A stretch of 64,000 nucleotides of DNA. It comes from Candidatus Entotheonellaceae bacterium (GTDB lineage: Bacteria > Tectomicrobia > Entotheonellia > Entotheonellales > Entotheonellaceae). Position 1 is the stretch's first letter. Every line of letters begins with the position of its first letter. Shown here one piece after another: positions 41,182 through 50,494 of this stretch. Position numbers and translations under genes: made by a program. The DNA lies in the NCBI GenBank assembly GCA_965238075.1, contig OZ250173.1, positions 512,001 to 576,000 on the forward strand. Reading direction: 5' to 3'. Under the pieces are notes generated by a model. It saw only the letters and a list, made by a program, of their open reading frames with translations, was not told the origin of the DNA and searched no databases.

Positions 41182-41445
41182 ATGAAGCGCAGATTAACGG
41201 ACCAGCAGATCATCAGCATGATCCGCGAGCAAGAGGCGGGGTTGAAGACCTCGGAGGTGTGCCGCAAGCATGGCATCAGCGACGCCACCTTCTACAAGTA
41301 CAAGGCCAAGTTTGGCGGTATGACCGTCTGCAATGCGCGAAGACTGCGCGCCCTGGAGGCAGAAAACGCCAAGCTCAAGCGGCTCTTGGCCGAGGCCATG
41401 CTGGACAACTCTGCCCTGAAGGACCTGACGACAAAAAACTTCTGA
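41182..41445 (+). CDS. IS3 transposase OrfA (HTH)
   Basis: QIISMIREQEAG..VCRKHGISDATFYKYKAKFGG..LEAENAKLKRLLAE. Confidence 0.88.
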   Translation: MKRRLTDQQIISMIREQEAGLKTSEVCRKHGISDATFYKYKAKFGGMTVCNARRLRALEAENAKLKRLLAEAMLDNSALKDLTTKNF

Positions 41446-42356
41446 CGCCCGACGCCAAGCGAAGAGCCGTCCGGCACGTGATGACGGTACACGGCTTGAG
41501 CGAGCGGCGGGCGTGCCAGCTGGTGGCGCTGGACCGCTCCACGTTCCAGTATCACAAGAATCCGGATACGGACGCGGCCCTGAGAGAGCGGCTAAAGATG
41601 GTGGCCGGCGAGCGCCGCCGGTTCGGTTATCGGCGCTTGGGCATTCTGTTGCAGCGCCAGGGCTTCGTGGTGAATCACAAGAAGCTCTTTCGCCTTTACC
41701 GTGAAGAGGGGTTTGCGGTGCGGCGCAGGCGGGGCCGCAAGCGGGCTTTAGGGACCCGGAAGCCCAGGATTGTGCCGAGTCGCCCCAATGAGCGCTGGAG
41801 CCTGGACTTCGTCTCCGATAGTCTTGCCGATGGGCGGAGGTTTCGGGCCTTGTGCATCGTCGATGACTTCTCGCGCGAAGCCTTGGCCATCGTGCCGGAT
41901 TTCTCGCTGTCAGGAGTTCGGGTCGTCCGAGAGTTGGAGCGGCTCGTCTCGTTGCGTGGCAGGCCTATCGTGATGGTCTCGGACAACGGTACCGAGCTGA
42001 CCAGTCATGCGGTTCTCAAGTGGTCGCAGGAAGCCAGGATCGACTGGCATTACATCGCGCTGGGTAAGCCGACGTAGAATGCCTTCGTCGAAAGCTTCAT
42101 CGGCAGGCTGCGGGACGCATGCCTGAACGAGCATCTCTTGAGCACGTTGGCTGAGGCGCGCCTTCTGATTGAAGACTGGAGGCGGGACGACAACACACTT
42201 CGGCCGCACAGTTCGTTGGGCGGCCTGCCGCCAAGCATCTACGCCAACCTCGGGCGTATACCCCTACCTGCCCTGGTTAAGCCGCGTCATGGCTCTGACG
42301 GGCAGGCTCAGACGGCAACATTGCCGGAAGCAGTAACCGTGAACAGACTCTACTAA
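41442..42356 (+). pseudogene. IS3 transposase OrfB (DDE), in-frame stop
   Basis: RFGYRRL, WSLDF, VDDFSRE, SDNGTE, GKPT*NAFVESF (TAG 42075-42077), RPHSSLG. Confidence 0.88.
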
Positions 42357-42460
42357 CCGGTGGCCGGTATCAGGGGGCAGGGTCACAACCAACCCAAGTA
42401 TGATCAGGACGAAATCCACCACCACTCTTCCTACTCCCCACGACTTCCCAATAGGAGCGG

Positions 42461-43147
42461 TTATGTCAGCTTCTCGATTTCAAAAGTGGACAGTGATAGG
42501 CGAGTGTCGATAATCTCCGGTTTTGGATCAGGGTAGTCGGCGGTCAACCTTTCAAGTCTGCACTTTATATTTTCCTCTTCGCAGTGAGGCCCGATCAATA
42601 TCTCACGAAGTGTCAACCGGTCTTCAAAAGGGAAGTAATACAATCCAGTAACTGGGTCTGGTTCCGGGTCTATTTTTCTGTACATACGCCATTCCTCCTC
42701 ATATTCCCAACCACGGAATTTGACTAATCCCTTGTTCAGCCAGGGTATCATGGCGCTCTCAAATTCTATTCCACAGATCTCATAACCAGAACTAGGTTCA
42801 AGTCTCTGGGACTCATACTTCACTTCAAATACTTGTCGAAATGCACCACTAATGTCATAAATCCTTACATCGAAGCCAAGACATACACCCTTGCCTTTGT
42901 CAGCATAATGTCCCCATAACAAAGGATTCTTATATGTCTTACTTAAACAAAGCATTGCCAAAGACATTGCACGTCTGCATCTTTCATATCCTTGGTAAGA
43001 TTCTCGCATTTCACCTCGATACGGCAGCCATTCGAAAAGATCGTTTGTCTTATCCAGCTCAGCAGCCTTCAGTCGGCGGTCTCTTATGGCCTTCAAGGAG
43101 TATTTTGCGGTTGTGAAGTGATAAAGCTGCTTTGTCTCTTCTGGCAC
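42461..43147 (-). CDS. DUF2971 domain protein
   Basis: LYHFT, NDLFE, CLS....NPLLWGHYADKGKGVCLGF, K...WEYEEEWR, EILIGP; AT-rich; GTG start after GGAGGAG. Confidence 0.8.
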   Translation of the reverse strand: MPEETKQLYHFTTAKYSLKAIRDRRLKAAELDKTNDLFEWLPYRGEMRESYQGYERCRRAMSLAMLCLSKTYKNPLLWGHYADKGKGVCLGFDVRIYDISGAFRQVFEVKYESQRLEPSSGYEICGIEFESAMIPWLNKGLVKFRGWEYEEEWRMYRKIDPEPDPVTGLYYFPFEDRLTLREILIGPHCEEENIKCRLERLTADYPDPKPEIIDTRLSLSTFEIEKLT

Positions 43148-43750
43148 CTGTTCTCTCCTCCACCTTCCGATAATGCCTTTTCTGTTAACTTTCAAGACCT
43201 CATTGGAAATTCTGAAATCCCCGAAAACACCGGCTTTCCGTGCTTCGGTGGGCCTGCGGCCGCCGACGCCCCACCGCAAGGGGTATTTTTAGGCGAAAAA
43301 CGCGAAACGGGGGGCACGCTTGAAAGGGTTGCTTTCCGACTTCCAAGTGGGACAAAATAGGGCCGTCGCAGACGCCGCGACACGCAGCAAGTTCGGATCA
43401 ACGGCCCCTCATCGGATGCCTTAGGCAAGGCGATTTGTAGCAACGTCGCTCGAAAAGTGGGCACCCCACTACGGTGTTGTCCCCCTGCCGCCGGTCCGCT
43501 CCATCAGAGCCGACAGCGCCTGCATGCTCTCCTTGTGCTGATTCGCCAGCGCTTGCGCGGTCTCCGCGTGTTGTTTGTCCATTTGCCGATCTCCGGACTC
43601 CGAAGCCGCCCGCATTTTTTTCAAGCCGGCCCAGATCAGGCCGCATTACGCAAGACCCACGCCGAAACTTAGAACGACGCCAGCGGAGCTCACCCAAGTT
43701 GCCACACGTCCACATTCACCAACTTAACGTCAAGCACTTGAAACGGCGGA

Positions 43751-44236
43751 TCAGCCGCCCGCACTACCCAAACCTCGCAGCACCTTGGGCGGCAGGTAGG
43801 CACGCAGAACCATGCCGCCGGGGCGCAATGGGCCTTCCAACCACGCAACCCCGCCCTTCTTGAAGGCGAACATGGCGCCAGACGCGGGTGAGCCGGTGAT
43901 GAGCCAGGCCAGCAATTCGCTCATCCATGGTTCATGGCCGACAAGCGCGGCGGGTGTTTGATCGATTTCATGGAGTAGGTCTGTCTCAGGTGGGCGGGCC
44001 AATGCTTGGGTCGGTAGGAGATCGCCTTTCAGGACGGGTTCGAGGAGGGCAGCGGTCTCGACGGCGCGCAGCCAGGGGCTATGATGTACACGCCGCAGCC
44101 GAATGCCCAGATGCTGCATGCCGGCCACGGCCTGGGTAAATCGTTCGCGGCCCTGGCGGGTTAATGGGCGCTCGGCATCCGGCAATGTCAGGCTGCGCGG
44201 CGCGGCGATGGCGTGGCGAATGAGAAACAGTTCCAT
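43751..44236 (-). CDS. sixA: SixA-type histidine phosphatase
   Basis: LFLIRHAIA, DAERPLT, SPWLRAVETA, LVGHEP, FKKGG. Confidence 0.88.
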   Translation of the reverse strand: MELFLIRHAIAAPRSLTLPDAERPLTRQGRERFTQAVAGMQHLGIRLRRVHHSPWLRAVETAALLEPVLKGDLLPTQALARPPETDLLHEIDQTPAALVGHEPWMSELLAWLITGSPASGAMFAFKKGGVAWLEGPLRPGGMVLRAYLPPKVLRGLGSAGG

Positions 44237-44254
44237 GAGCAAGGATTCCGGTTT

Positions 44255-45088
44255 TCAGGGTCGTGTAGCAGTTTGGATTTCCCCCTCACCCCAACGCTCT
44301 CCCGCCAGGAGAGAGGGAGCAGGAATGGCATCGCTTGCCGCAACTAGCGCCGCACCCTGCGGCAGGGCTGCTAACGCGGCGCCCACAATGCCTGCGTTGT
44401 TGAGCATTTGGGCCGTCACCACCTCCGTCTGAAGCGTGAGGAGGGGGAGGAATTTATCCGAATTCTTGCTCACCCCACCGCCCACAATCATCAGGTCCGG
44501 CCAGAAGTAGTATTCCATCCGGTGCAGATAGTCGTCCAAGCGTCGAGCCCACTTGGCCCAACTGAGGTTCTGGCGTTTGCGCACAATGGCGGCAGCGTGC
44601 TTCTCGGCAGTCTTGCCGCGGAACTCGACTTGCCCCAGCTCGGTGTTGGGCACCAAATGACCGTTCATGAACAGCGCCGTGCCAATGCCAGTGCCCAACG
44701 TCAGAATCATCACCACGCCGGCGCGCCCGCGCCCGGCGCCGAAGCGCATTTCGGCAAGCCCGGCGGCGTCGGCATCATTGATCACCGTGACCGGGCGCCC
44801 GACTGCCTGCTGGAACAATTCGACAGCGGATTCGCCGATCCAGTCCCTGGAGATATTGACCGCCGTCAGCGCCCGGCCGTGCCGTACCGCGGCCGGGAAG
44901 CCGCAGCCGATGGGGCCGGACCAATTGAAATGCCTGACGATCTGAGCCACCACTTGGCTTACGGCCTCAGGCTCGGCCCTCTCGGGTGTCGGAATACGCA
45001 GCCGTTCGGCAGTCATGTCGCCGGTGCGCGTGTTCACCAGCGCGCCTTTAATGCCGGAGGCGCCAATATCGATGCCGAGAATTTCCAC
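44255..45088 (-). CDS. ppgK: Polyphosphate glucokinase (ROK family)
   Basis: LGIDIGASGIKGA, RIPTP, NDADAAGLAEM, TLGTGIGTA, LVPNTELG, NNAGIVGAA. Confidence 0.88.
   Translation of the reverse strand: MEILGIDIGASGIKGALVNTRTGDMTAERLRIPTPERAEPEAVSQVVAQIVRHFNWSGPIGCGFPAAVRHGRALTAVNISRDWIGESAVELFQQAVGRPVTVINDADAAGLAEMRFGAGRGRAGVVMILTLGTGIGTALFMNGHLVPNTELGQVEFRGKTAEKHAAAIVRKRQNLSWAKWARRLDDYLHRMEYYFWPDLMIVGGGVSKNSDKFLPLLTLQTEVVTAQMLNNAGIVGAALAALPQGAALVAASDAIPAPSLLAGERWGEGEIQTATRP
44281..44317. repeat. GC palindromic repeat inside the ppgK 3' end
   Basis: CCCCCTCACCCCAACGCTCTCCCGCCAGGAGAGAGGG, related to the reverse complement of 33641-33678. Confidence 0.6.
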
Positions 45089-45156
45089 AGCCGACCTCCT
45101 GAAAAATCAGTGGCCAGTGGCTTGGTGACCGGCAAGGCAGGATTTTGCTAGCCGAG

Positions 45157-45906
45157 TTATTGAGCCGTGAAACCGCCGTCGATGACCAGTTCGGTACCCG
45201 TGACGAACGACGATTCGTCGCTCGCGAGGTACAGCACGCCGTAGGCAATGTCATCGGTCGACCCGACGTAACCCAGGGGAATCATGGACGTCCGTTCCTC
45301 GCGGTCCGGGCCGAAAGCCTCCTTGAGCATCTCGGTATCAATGGGTCCAGGGTGAATGGAGTTGCAACGAATGCCGTCTTTGGCGTGCTGCAACGCCACG
45401 GTTTTGGTGAACAGGCGCACCGCGCCTTTGGAGGCGGTGTAGGACGGCGAGCCGTAGGGGCTACCGACCAGGCCGGCTGTCGAGGAGATATTGACAATAG
45501 AGCCGCCGCCCGCCCGACGCATGGCGGCCACGGCGTGCTTGGCGCCCAGGAAGACACCCTTGACGTTCACCGCCAGAATCTGGTCCAGGTCGTCCTCGGT
45601 AGTTTCTTCGAGGCCCTTGCGGATGTATATGCCGGCGTTGTTCACCAGCACGTTCAGCTTGCCGTAGAGCTTTTCCGTGGTCTGCACCGCCGACCGCCAG
45701 GCGTCTTCGTTGGTGACGTCCAGGTGGATATAGGTGGCGTTGCCGCCGGCGGCGTGCAGGTCGGCCTCGACTTGACGGCCTTCGTCGTCCAGAATATCGC
45801 CCATGACGACGCTGGCGCCCTCCTGCACAAACAGGCGCGCCTCGGTGGCGCCCTGCCCGCGCGCGCCACCACTGATCAATGCGACCTTGCCATCAAGCCG
45901 GCCCAT
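45157..45906 (-). CDS. Short-chain dehydrogenase/reductase (paralog of 11979-12737)
   Basis: SGGARGQG, LVNNAG, YTASK, IDGG. Confidence 0.9.
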   Translation of the reverse strand: MGRLDGKVALISGGARGQGATEARLFVQEGASVVMGDILDDEGRQVEADLHAAGGNATYIHLDVTNEDAWRSAVQTTEKLYGKLNVLVNNAGIYIRKGLEETTEDDLDQILAVNVKGVFLGAKHAVAAMRRAGGGSIVNISSTAGLVGSPYGSPSYTASKGAVRLFTKTVALQHAKDGIRCNSIHPGPIDTEMLKEAFGPDREERTSMIPLGYVGSTDDIAYGVLYLASDESSFVTGTELVIDGGFTAQ

Positions 45907-46027
45907 TCCGATCTCCTTATGCCTCCGTGTTGATCCGATTGCCATCTTTGATTAGGCTGGGGCGCCTATCATACGGTATCCCTTATCGGAAACGAAACGT
46001 GACCCCACCGCCCGGAGAGAAACCGCC

Positions 46028-46624
46028 GTGATTGCCGACCCGACACGCTTCGAGACCGCCATCGCCCGCTTCGACGCTGCCAACGCCGAAGACCCCAACA
46101 CCGAAGAGATGGACGGCGTTTCCCACCCGAAGGAATTGCTTTATGCCCAACGCATAACCGCCTGGCTGGACAAGCTGACACCCGATGCGTCGGAGGCTCT
46201 GCGGTTAGCGACACGCGCCCAGCACATCCGCCGCTGGGCCATCCCGCGGCGCGATTACCCGATGACCCGCACCGGCTACCTGAAGTGGCGCACCACCCTG
46301 TATCGTTTTCACGCCGATACCGCCGGCGACATTCTGCGCGAGGTCGGTTACGACGACGCCATGGTCGCCGCGGTGCAATCCCTGCTGCGCAAGGAACGCC
46401 TGAAGCGCAATCCCGACATGCAATGCCTGGAAGACGTCATCTGCCTCGTCTTCCTGGAAAGCTACTTCGCCAATTTCGCCCCGCAGTACGACGAGCAAAA
46501 GGTCATCGACATCCTGCGCAAGACATGGAGGAAAATGTCCCCACAAGGCCAGTCAGCAGCCCGCGGCCTGGCCCTGCCGCCGGCAGCGCACGCATTGCTG
46601 GAAAAGGCATTGGCAACACCGTGA
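46028..46624 (+). CDS. DUF4202 domain protein
   Basis: FDAANAEDP, PKELLY, RAQHIRRW..PR..YPM.R.GYLKWR, QCLEDVICLVFL, KTWRKMS. Confidence 0.85.
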   Translation: MIADPTRFETAIARFDAANAEDPNTEEMDGVSHPKELLYAQRITAWLDKLTPDASEALRLATRAQHIRRWAIPRRDYPMTRTGYLKWRTTLYRFHADTAGDILREVGYDDAMVAAVQSLLRKERLKRNPDMQCLEDVICLVFLESYFANFAPQYDEQKVIDILRKTWRKMSPQGQSAARGLALPPAAHALLEKALATP

Positions 46625-46769
46625 AAGCCGGCGCAAACGGCACGTTTCGGCGCCCCGCGGCTGTTGCTTTGCCGGCGCCATCTTTGTTATGCTAGCGAGC
46701 CTTGTTTGCCGTGCAGCGCGCTCCAGGTCGTCTGGGACGACAGCCGTTTTGTACCCCCAGGAGAAGATC

Positions 46770-47972
46770 ATGCAAAGCGAAGACATTTTGATGTGCCCCG
46801 GCCCCAACGACATGTCCGACCGCGTCATCCGAGCCATGATGCGCCCCGCCGCCGCCCCTGCCTCGGAAGAGTTTCAGGAACTGTATGAACGGACGCTGGA
46901 CATGCTGGCGCAGATTTACCAGACGACCAACGAGGTGGTGCCCATTCCGGGGTCGGGCCGCAGCGGCCTGGAAGCGGCAATCAGCAGCGTCCTGGAACCC
47001 GGCGACCGCACCCTCACGATCGCCAACGGGCACTTCGGGGGCGTCGCCATGCACATCGTCAGCGGCATTGGCGGCAAGCCGGAAGCGTTTCAGGAACCTT
47101 GGGGCAGCGTCATCGACATGGACGCCTTCGCCGCCAAGCTGGCCAGCGGCTCGTACAAGCTTGTGACCCTGGTACACAACGAAACCTCCAGCGGCGCCGT
47201 GTATCAGGCCCAGGAAATCGCACGCCTGACTCACGAGCACGGCGCCCTGTTTTTGCTGGATGCGGTATCGTCCCTGGCCGGCGCTGACCTGCGTACCGAC
47301 GAGTGGGACATCGACCTCGTCGTGTCCTGCAACCACAAAGCCATTGGCGCCCCGATCGGCCACGCCCACGTGGTAGTAGGCGAGCGCGCCTGGAAGGCAA
47401 TGGAACAGCGCACGAAACCCTGCGGCACGGTGTTCGGCAATCTGATGAATTGGAAGTCCCAGGTCGACCCCACCGCCAACGGCGGCAGAGCCAAGAAACG
47501 GACGTACGGTGTTTTCCCGGCCGTTCACCTCTTTTATGCCATGCACGAAGCATTCACCGCGGTTCTGGAGGAGGGCTTGGCGCCCCGGTTCGCCCGCCAC
47601 CGCCTGAACGCCGAGGCATTCCGCGAGGGCGTCATCGGGCTGGGCCTGAGACCCTTGGCGCATCCGGACGTGGCATCGCCCACCGTCACCTGCGTGCAAC
47701 TCCCCGAGGGCATCACGTCCAATGAATTTCTGTACCACTTCCGGCATGACCACGGTCTATTCACCCTGCCGGGCCTCGGCGATTTCCAGGACACCGCCGT
47801 GCGCATAGGCCACATGGGGGTCACCGCCACGCCACGCAACATTCTTCACACTCTTCACGCCTTCGACCACATTTTGTACCGCTTAGGCCATCTCCATGAC
47901 CGCGGCGCGGGCATTGCCAGAGCCGAGGAGATTTATCAGGCAGCGGAACAGGCAGCCCCAGTGACGGTATAG
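46770..47972 (+). CDS. Class V aminotransferase (alanine-glyoxylate / serine-pyruvate type)
   Basis: MCPGP, GSG..GLEA, VHNETSSG, DAVSS, HK PLP lysine, RIGHMG. Confidence 0.88.
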   Translation: MQSEDILMCPGPNDMSDRVIRAMMRPAAAPASEEFQELYERTLDMLAQIYQTTNEVVPIPGSGRSGLEAAISSVLEPGDRTLTIANGHFGGVAMHIVSGIGGKPEAFQEPWGSVIDMDAFAAKLASGSYKLVTLVHNETSSGAVYQAQEIARLTHEHGALFLLDAVSSLAGADLRTDEWDIDLVVSCNHKAIGAPIGHAHVVVGERAWKAMEQRTKPCGTVFGNLMNWKSQVDPTANGGRAKKRTYGVFPAVHLFYAMHEAFTAVLEEGLAPRFARHRLNAEAFREGVIGLGLRPLAHPDVASPTVTCVQLPEGITSNEFLYHFRHDHGLFTLPGLGDFQDTAVRIGHMGVTATPRNILHTLHAFDHILYRLGHLHDRGAGIARAEEIYQAAEQAAPVTV

Positions 47973-47982
47973 GGAGGCTGCC

Positions 47983-48759
47983 TTGGCACAGCGAGAGCGC
48001 TTTCCGGTTGGGCCGTTCTTCAAAGCCAGTCTGAAAACACACTCGGTCACGGCGCTCTGCGACCTCTTGCACAGCGGCCAGATCGTGCAGCACGGCCTCA
48101 TTCCCTGGGGCTCGAATTACACCTTTCTGGTCACGATGGACGTGCAGCAGCCGCACCTGATGCTGGCGGTCTACAAGCCCCGGCGAGGCGAAACACCGTT
48201 GTGGGATTTCCCCAACGGGACGCTGTACAGGCGGGAACGCGCAGCGTTCGTACTCAGCGAGGCACTCGGCTGGAGCTTGGTGCCGCCGACGATCGTTCGG
48301 CACGGTCCCAACGGGGTCGGCTCGCTGCAGTTGTACGTGCATCATCGGGAGGAGGAGGCGGATTACTTCGCCCTCCACGAACAGCACGGGCCGGAGATGC
48401 AGGCCATGGCGGCGTTCGATCTCATTTCCAACAATACCGACCGCAAAGCCGGCCACTGCCTGCGCGATGAAGAAGGGCACATCTGGGGGATCGACCACGG
48501 CCTGACGTTTCACACCGACCCGAAGCTGCGCACGGTGATCTGGGATTTCGGGGGCCAACACGTTCCCAAGCGCCTGTTGCGGGACGTGCGCCGAGTGCGG
48601 GACGATTTGCGCAATCACTGCGGCTTGGTGGGCGAGCTGGACGACCTGCTTTTCCCCGAGGAAGTCGACGCGCTCGCCTATCGCATGCAGGCTCTGCTGA
48701 AAAGACCCGAGTTTCCCTGCCTGCGCACGCGGCGGGGCGTTCCTTGGCCGTTTTACTGA
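47983..48759 (+). CDS. SCO1664 family protein (PI3/PI4-kinase-like)
   Basis: GSNYTF, VYKP..GE.PLWDFP.GTL..RE.AA, NNTDRKAGH, IDHGLTFH..PKLRTVIW, VPWP. Confidence 0.88.
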   Translation: MAQRERFPVGPFFKASLKTHSVTALCDLLHSGQIVQHGLIPWGSNYTFLVTMDVQQPHLMLAVYKPRRGETPLWDFPNGTLYRRERAAFVLSEALGWSLVPPTIVRHGPNGVGSLQLYVHHREEEADYFALHEQHGPEMQAMAAFDLISNNTDRKAGHCLRDEEGHIWGIDHGLTFHTDPKLRTVIWDFGGQHVPKRLLRDVRRVRDDLRNHCGLVGELDDLLFPEEVDALAYRMQALLKRPEFPCLRTRRGVPWPFY

Positions 48760-48776
48760 TCCCGAAGGGTGTAATC

Positions 48777-49220
48777 ATGGAGTGGACGGAAATACTTCAG
48801 CGCATCGAGGTGGGAGAAGGCGAGGACACCGAATTCAAGCGCGGGCTCGGGGATTTCTCCGCCATCGGCAGAGCGGTCTGCGCTTTCGCGAACACCGAAG
48901 GGGGCGTCATCATTCTGGGCGTCACCGATTCGCAGAGCATCATCGGCGTCAACGAGAATGCCGACGAGGTTCAAGAACGCCTAGAGACGTTTCTGCGGAC
49001 GGGATGCAGCGCACCGGTCAACGGGCAGTGCGGCCGTCACGAGGACCCGAATGGATGGGTGCACTGGATTGAAATCTCGCACCAGGACCAGCCGGAACCC
49101 TTGCGTTACGAAGGCCGCGTGTGGGTAAGGCGTGAATGCAGCAGCGTGGAACCGTCGCCATCAGAGTTGCAGGAACTCTACAACACGTCGGACAAGCCCT
49201 CATCGGGAAGCATTGGATAG
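48777..49220 (+). CDS. Schlafen/AlbA_2 domain protein, short (possibly truncated)
   Basis: GEGEDTEFK, VCAFANTEGGVIILGVTD; ends right after the domain. Confidence 0.75.
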   Translation: MEWTEILQRIEVGEGEDTEFKRGLGDFSAIGRAVCAFANTEGGVIILGVTDSQSIIGVNENADEVQERLETFLRTGCSAPVNGQCGRHEDPNGWVHWIEISHQDQPEPLRYEGRVWVRRECSSVEPSPSELQELYNTSDKPSSGSIG

Positions 49221-49247
49221 CTACTCCCTTCTCCCGCAAGTTCCCTT

Positions 49248-50390
49248 CTACAGATTGATCTCCTGGGCGACCAGCTCGCGGTGATAGGTGGCGTCGCCAA
49301 AGGTGAATTCGGCGTACTTGGCGCGCTTGAAATACAGGTGCATGTCGTGCTCCCACGTGAAGCCGATGCCGCCGTGCACCTGGATGCCCTCGCCTGCGGT
49401 GTAGCGATAGGCGTCGCTGCAATAAGCCTTGGCCATGGACACGGCCAGGGGGGCTTCGGGCACGTCCTCATCGACGGCCCAGGCGGCATAGTAGGCAGCG
49501 GATTTGGCCGACTCCACCTGCAGCATCATCTCGGCGCATTTATGCTTGATGGCCTGGAAGCTGCCGATGGGGCGCCCGAACTGGATGCGTTCCTTGGCGT
49601 AGGCCACGCTGATGTCGAGCACCCGCTGCGCCCCGCCAACCATCTCGGCACACAGCGCGGCGGTGCATATGTGCAGCACTTTCGACAGCACCGGCCAGCC
49701 CGTATCGACGGTGCCGATCAGACGGTCGCGCCCGACGGTCACGTTGTCGAACACCACTTCGCACTGCTTGCGGGTCTGGTCCATAGTCTTGAGGAGGGTG
49801 ACGGAAATGCCGGGTGTGTCGCGCTCCACCAGGAACAGACTGATGCCGAAGCTCTTGTCCCCGGACGTTTTTGTACGCGCCGCCACGACCATCACATCGG
49901 CAGCGTGGGCGTCGGGCACGAACAGCTTGGTGCCGGAGATTGTGAAGCCGTCCGCCGCGGGAGTGGCTTTCACATCCTCGATACCCTCCGCCTCGAAACG
50001 GCCCGAGGGTTCCGTCATTGCCAGGGTAGCGATCAGTGAGCCGTCGGCGATTTTCGGCAAATAAGTTTTCTTCTGCTCCTCCGAACCGCCGAGCAGGATG
50101 GTCTGGCCCGCCAAGAGCACCGATGAGAAGAACGGCGACGGCAGCAGCGCGGCACCCATTTCTTCCAGAATGACCGTCAGATCGACAAACCCCAGGCCCT
50201 GGCCGCCGTATTCTTCGGGAAACGCCAGCCCGAGCCACCCGAGGGCGGCCATCTGCTGCCAAAGCTCAGGCGAGTAGCCGCGCTCATCTTCCATCATCTG
50301 CCGCACGAAGGCGCTGGTGCAGTACTCGGTCAAGAAATCGTGCGCCGCCTGCCGCAGCATGTCCTGCTCTTCGCTAAAGCCAAAATCCAT
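49248..50390 (-). CDS. Acyl-CoA dehydrogenase
   Basis: AMTEP, GTKLFV, YAKERIQFGRPIGSFQAIKH, IQVHGGIGFTWE. Confidence 0.92.
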   Translation of the reverse strand: MDFGFSEEQDMLRQAAHDFLTEYCTSAFVRQMMEDERGYSPELWQQMAALGWLGLAFPEEYGGQGLGFVDLTVILEEMGAALLPSPFFSSVLLAGQTILLGGSEEQKKTYLPKIADGSLIATLAMTEPSGRFEAEGIEDVKATPAADGFTISGTKLFVPDAHAADVMVVAARTKTSGDKSFGISLFLVERDTPGISVTLLKTMDQTRKQCEVVFDNVTVGRDRLIGTVDTGWPVLSKVLHICTAALCAEMVGGAQRVLDISVAYAKERIQFGRPIGSFQAIKHKCAEMMLQVESAKSAAYYAAWAVDEDVPEAPLAVSMAKAYCSDAYRYTAGEGIQVHGGIGFTWEHDMHLYFKRAKYAEFTFGDATYHRELVAQEINL

Positions 50391-50494
50391 CGGTCAAACC
50401 TCCTGAATGGTGATGGCGCGGTGCCCATCTGCGCATAGAAAGACGCCCCCAACCAGAAACAGTCGAGGGCGTTCCAGGTGTGTGTCGGTAACGG

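Larger units (their letters stand above)
41115..42385 (+). mobile_element. IS3 family insertion sequence (IS407-like), probably inactive
   Basis: Imperfect TIRs TGACCTAGCCCCTTGA / TCAGGGGGCAGGGTCA; orfA-orfB overlap with A6 slippery run near 41433; no clear target duplication. Confidence 0.88.

Noticed and set aside
43200-43340. Possible phage packaging site or origin-like sequence (G runs and A/T tracts)
   Set aside because: No terminase, integrase or rep gene nearby, and no clear iterons.
45157-45906. Recent duplication of the SDR at 11979-12737
   Set aside because: The proteins are clearly related but differ throughout; ordinary paralogy.
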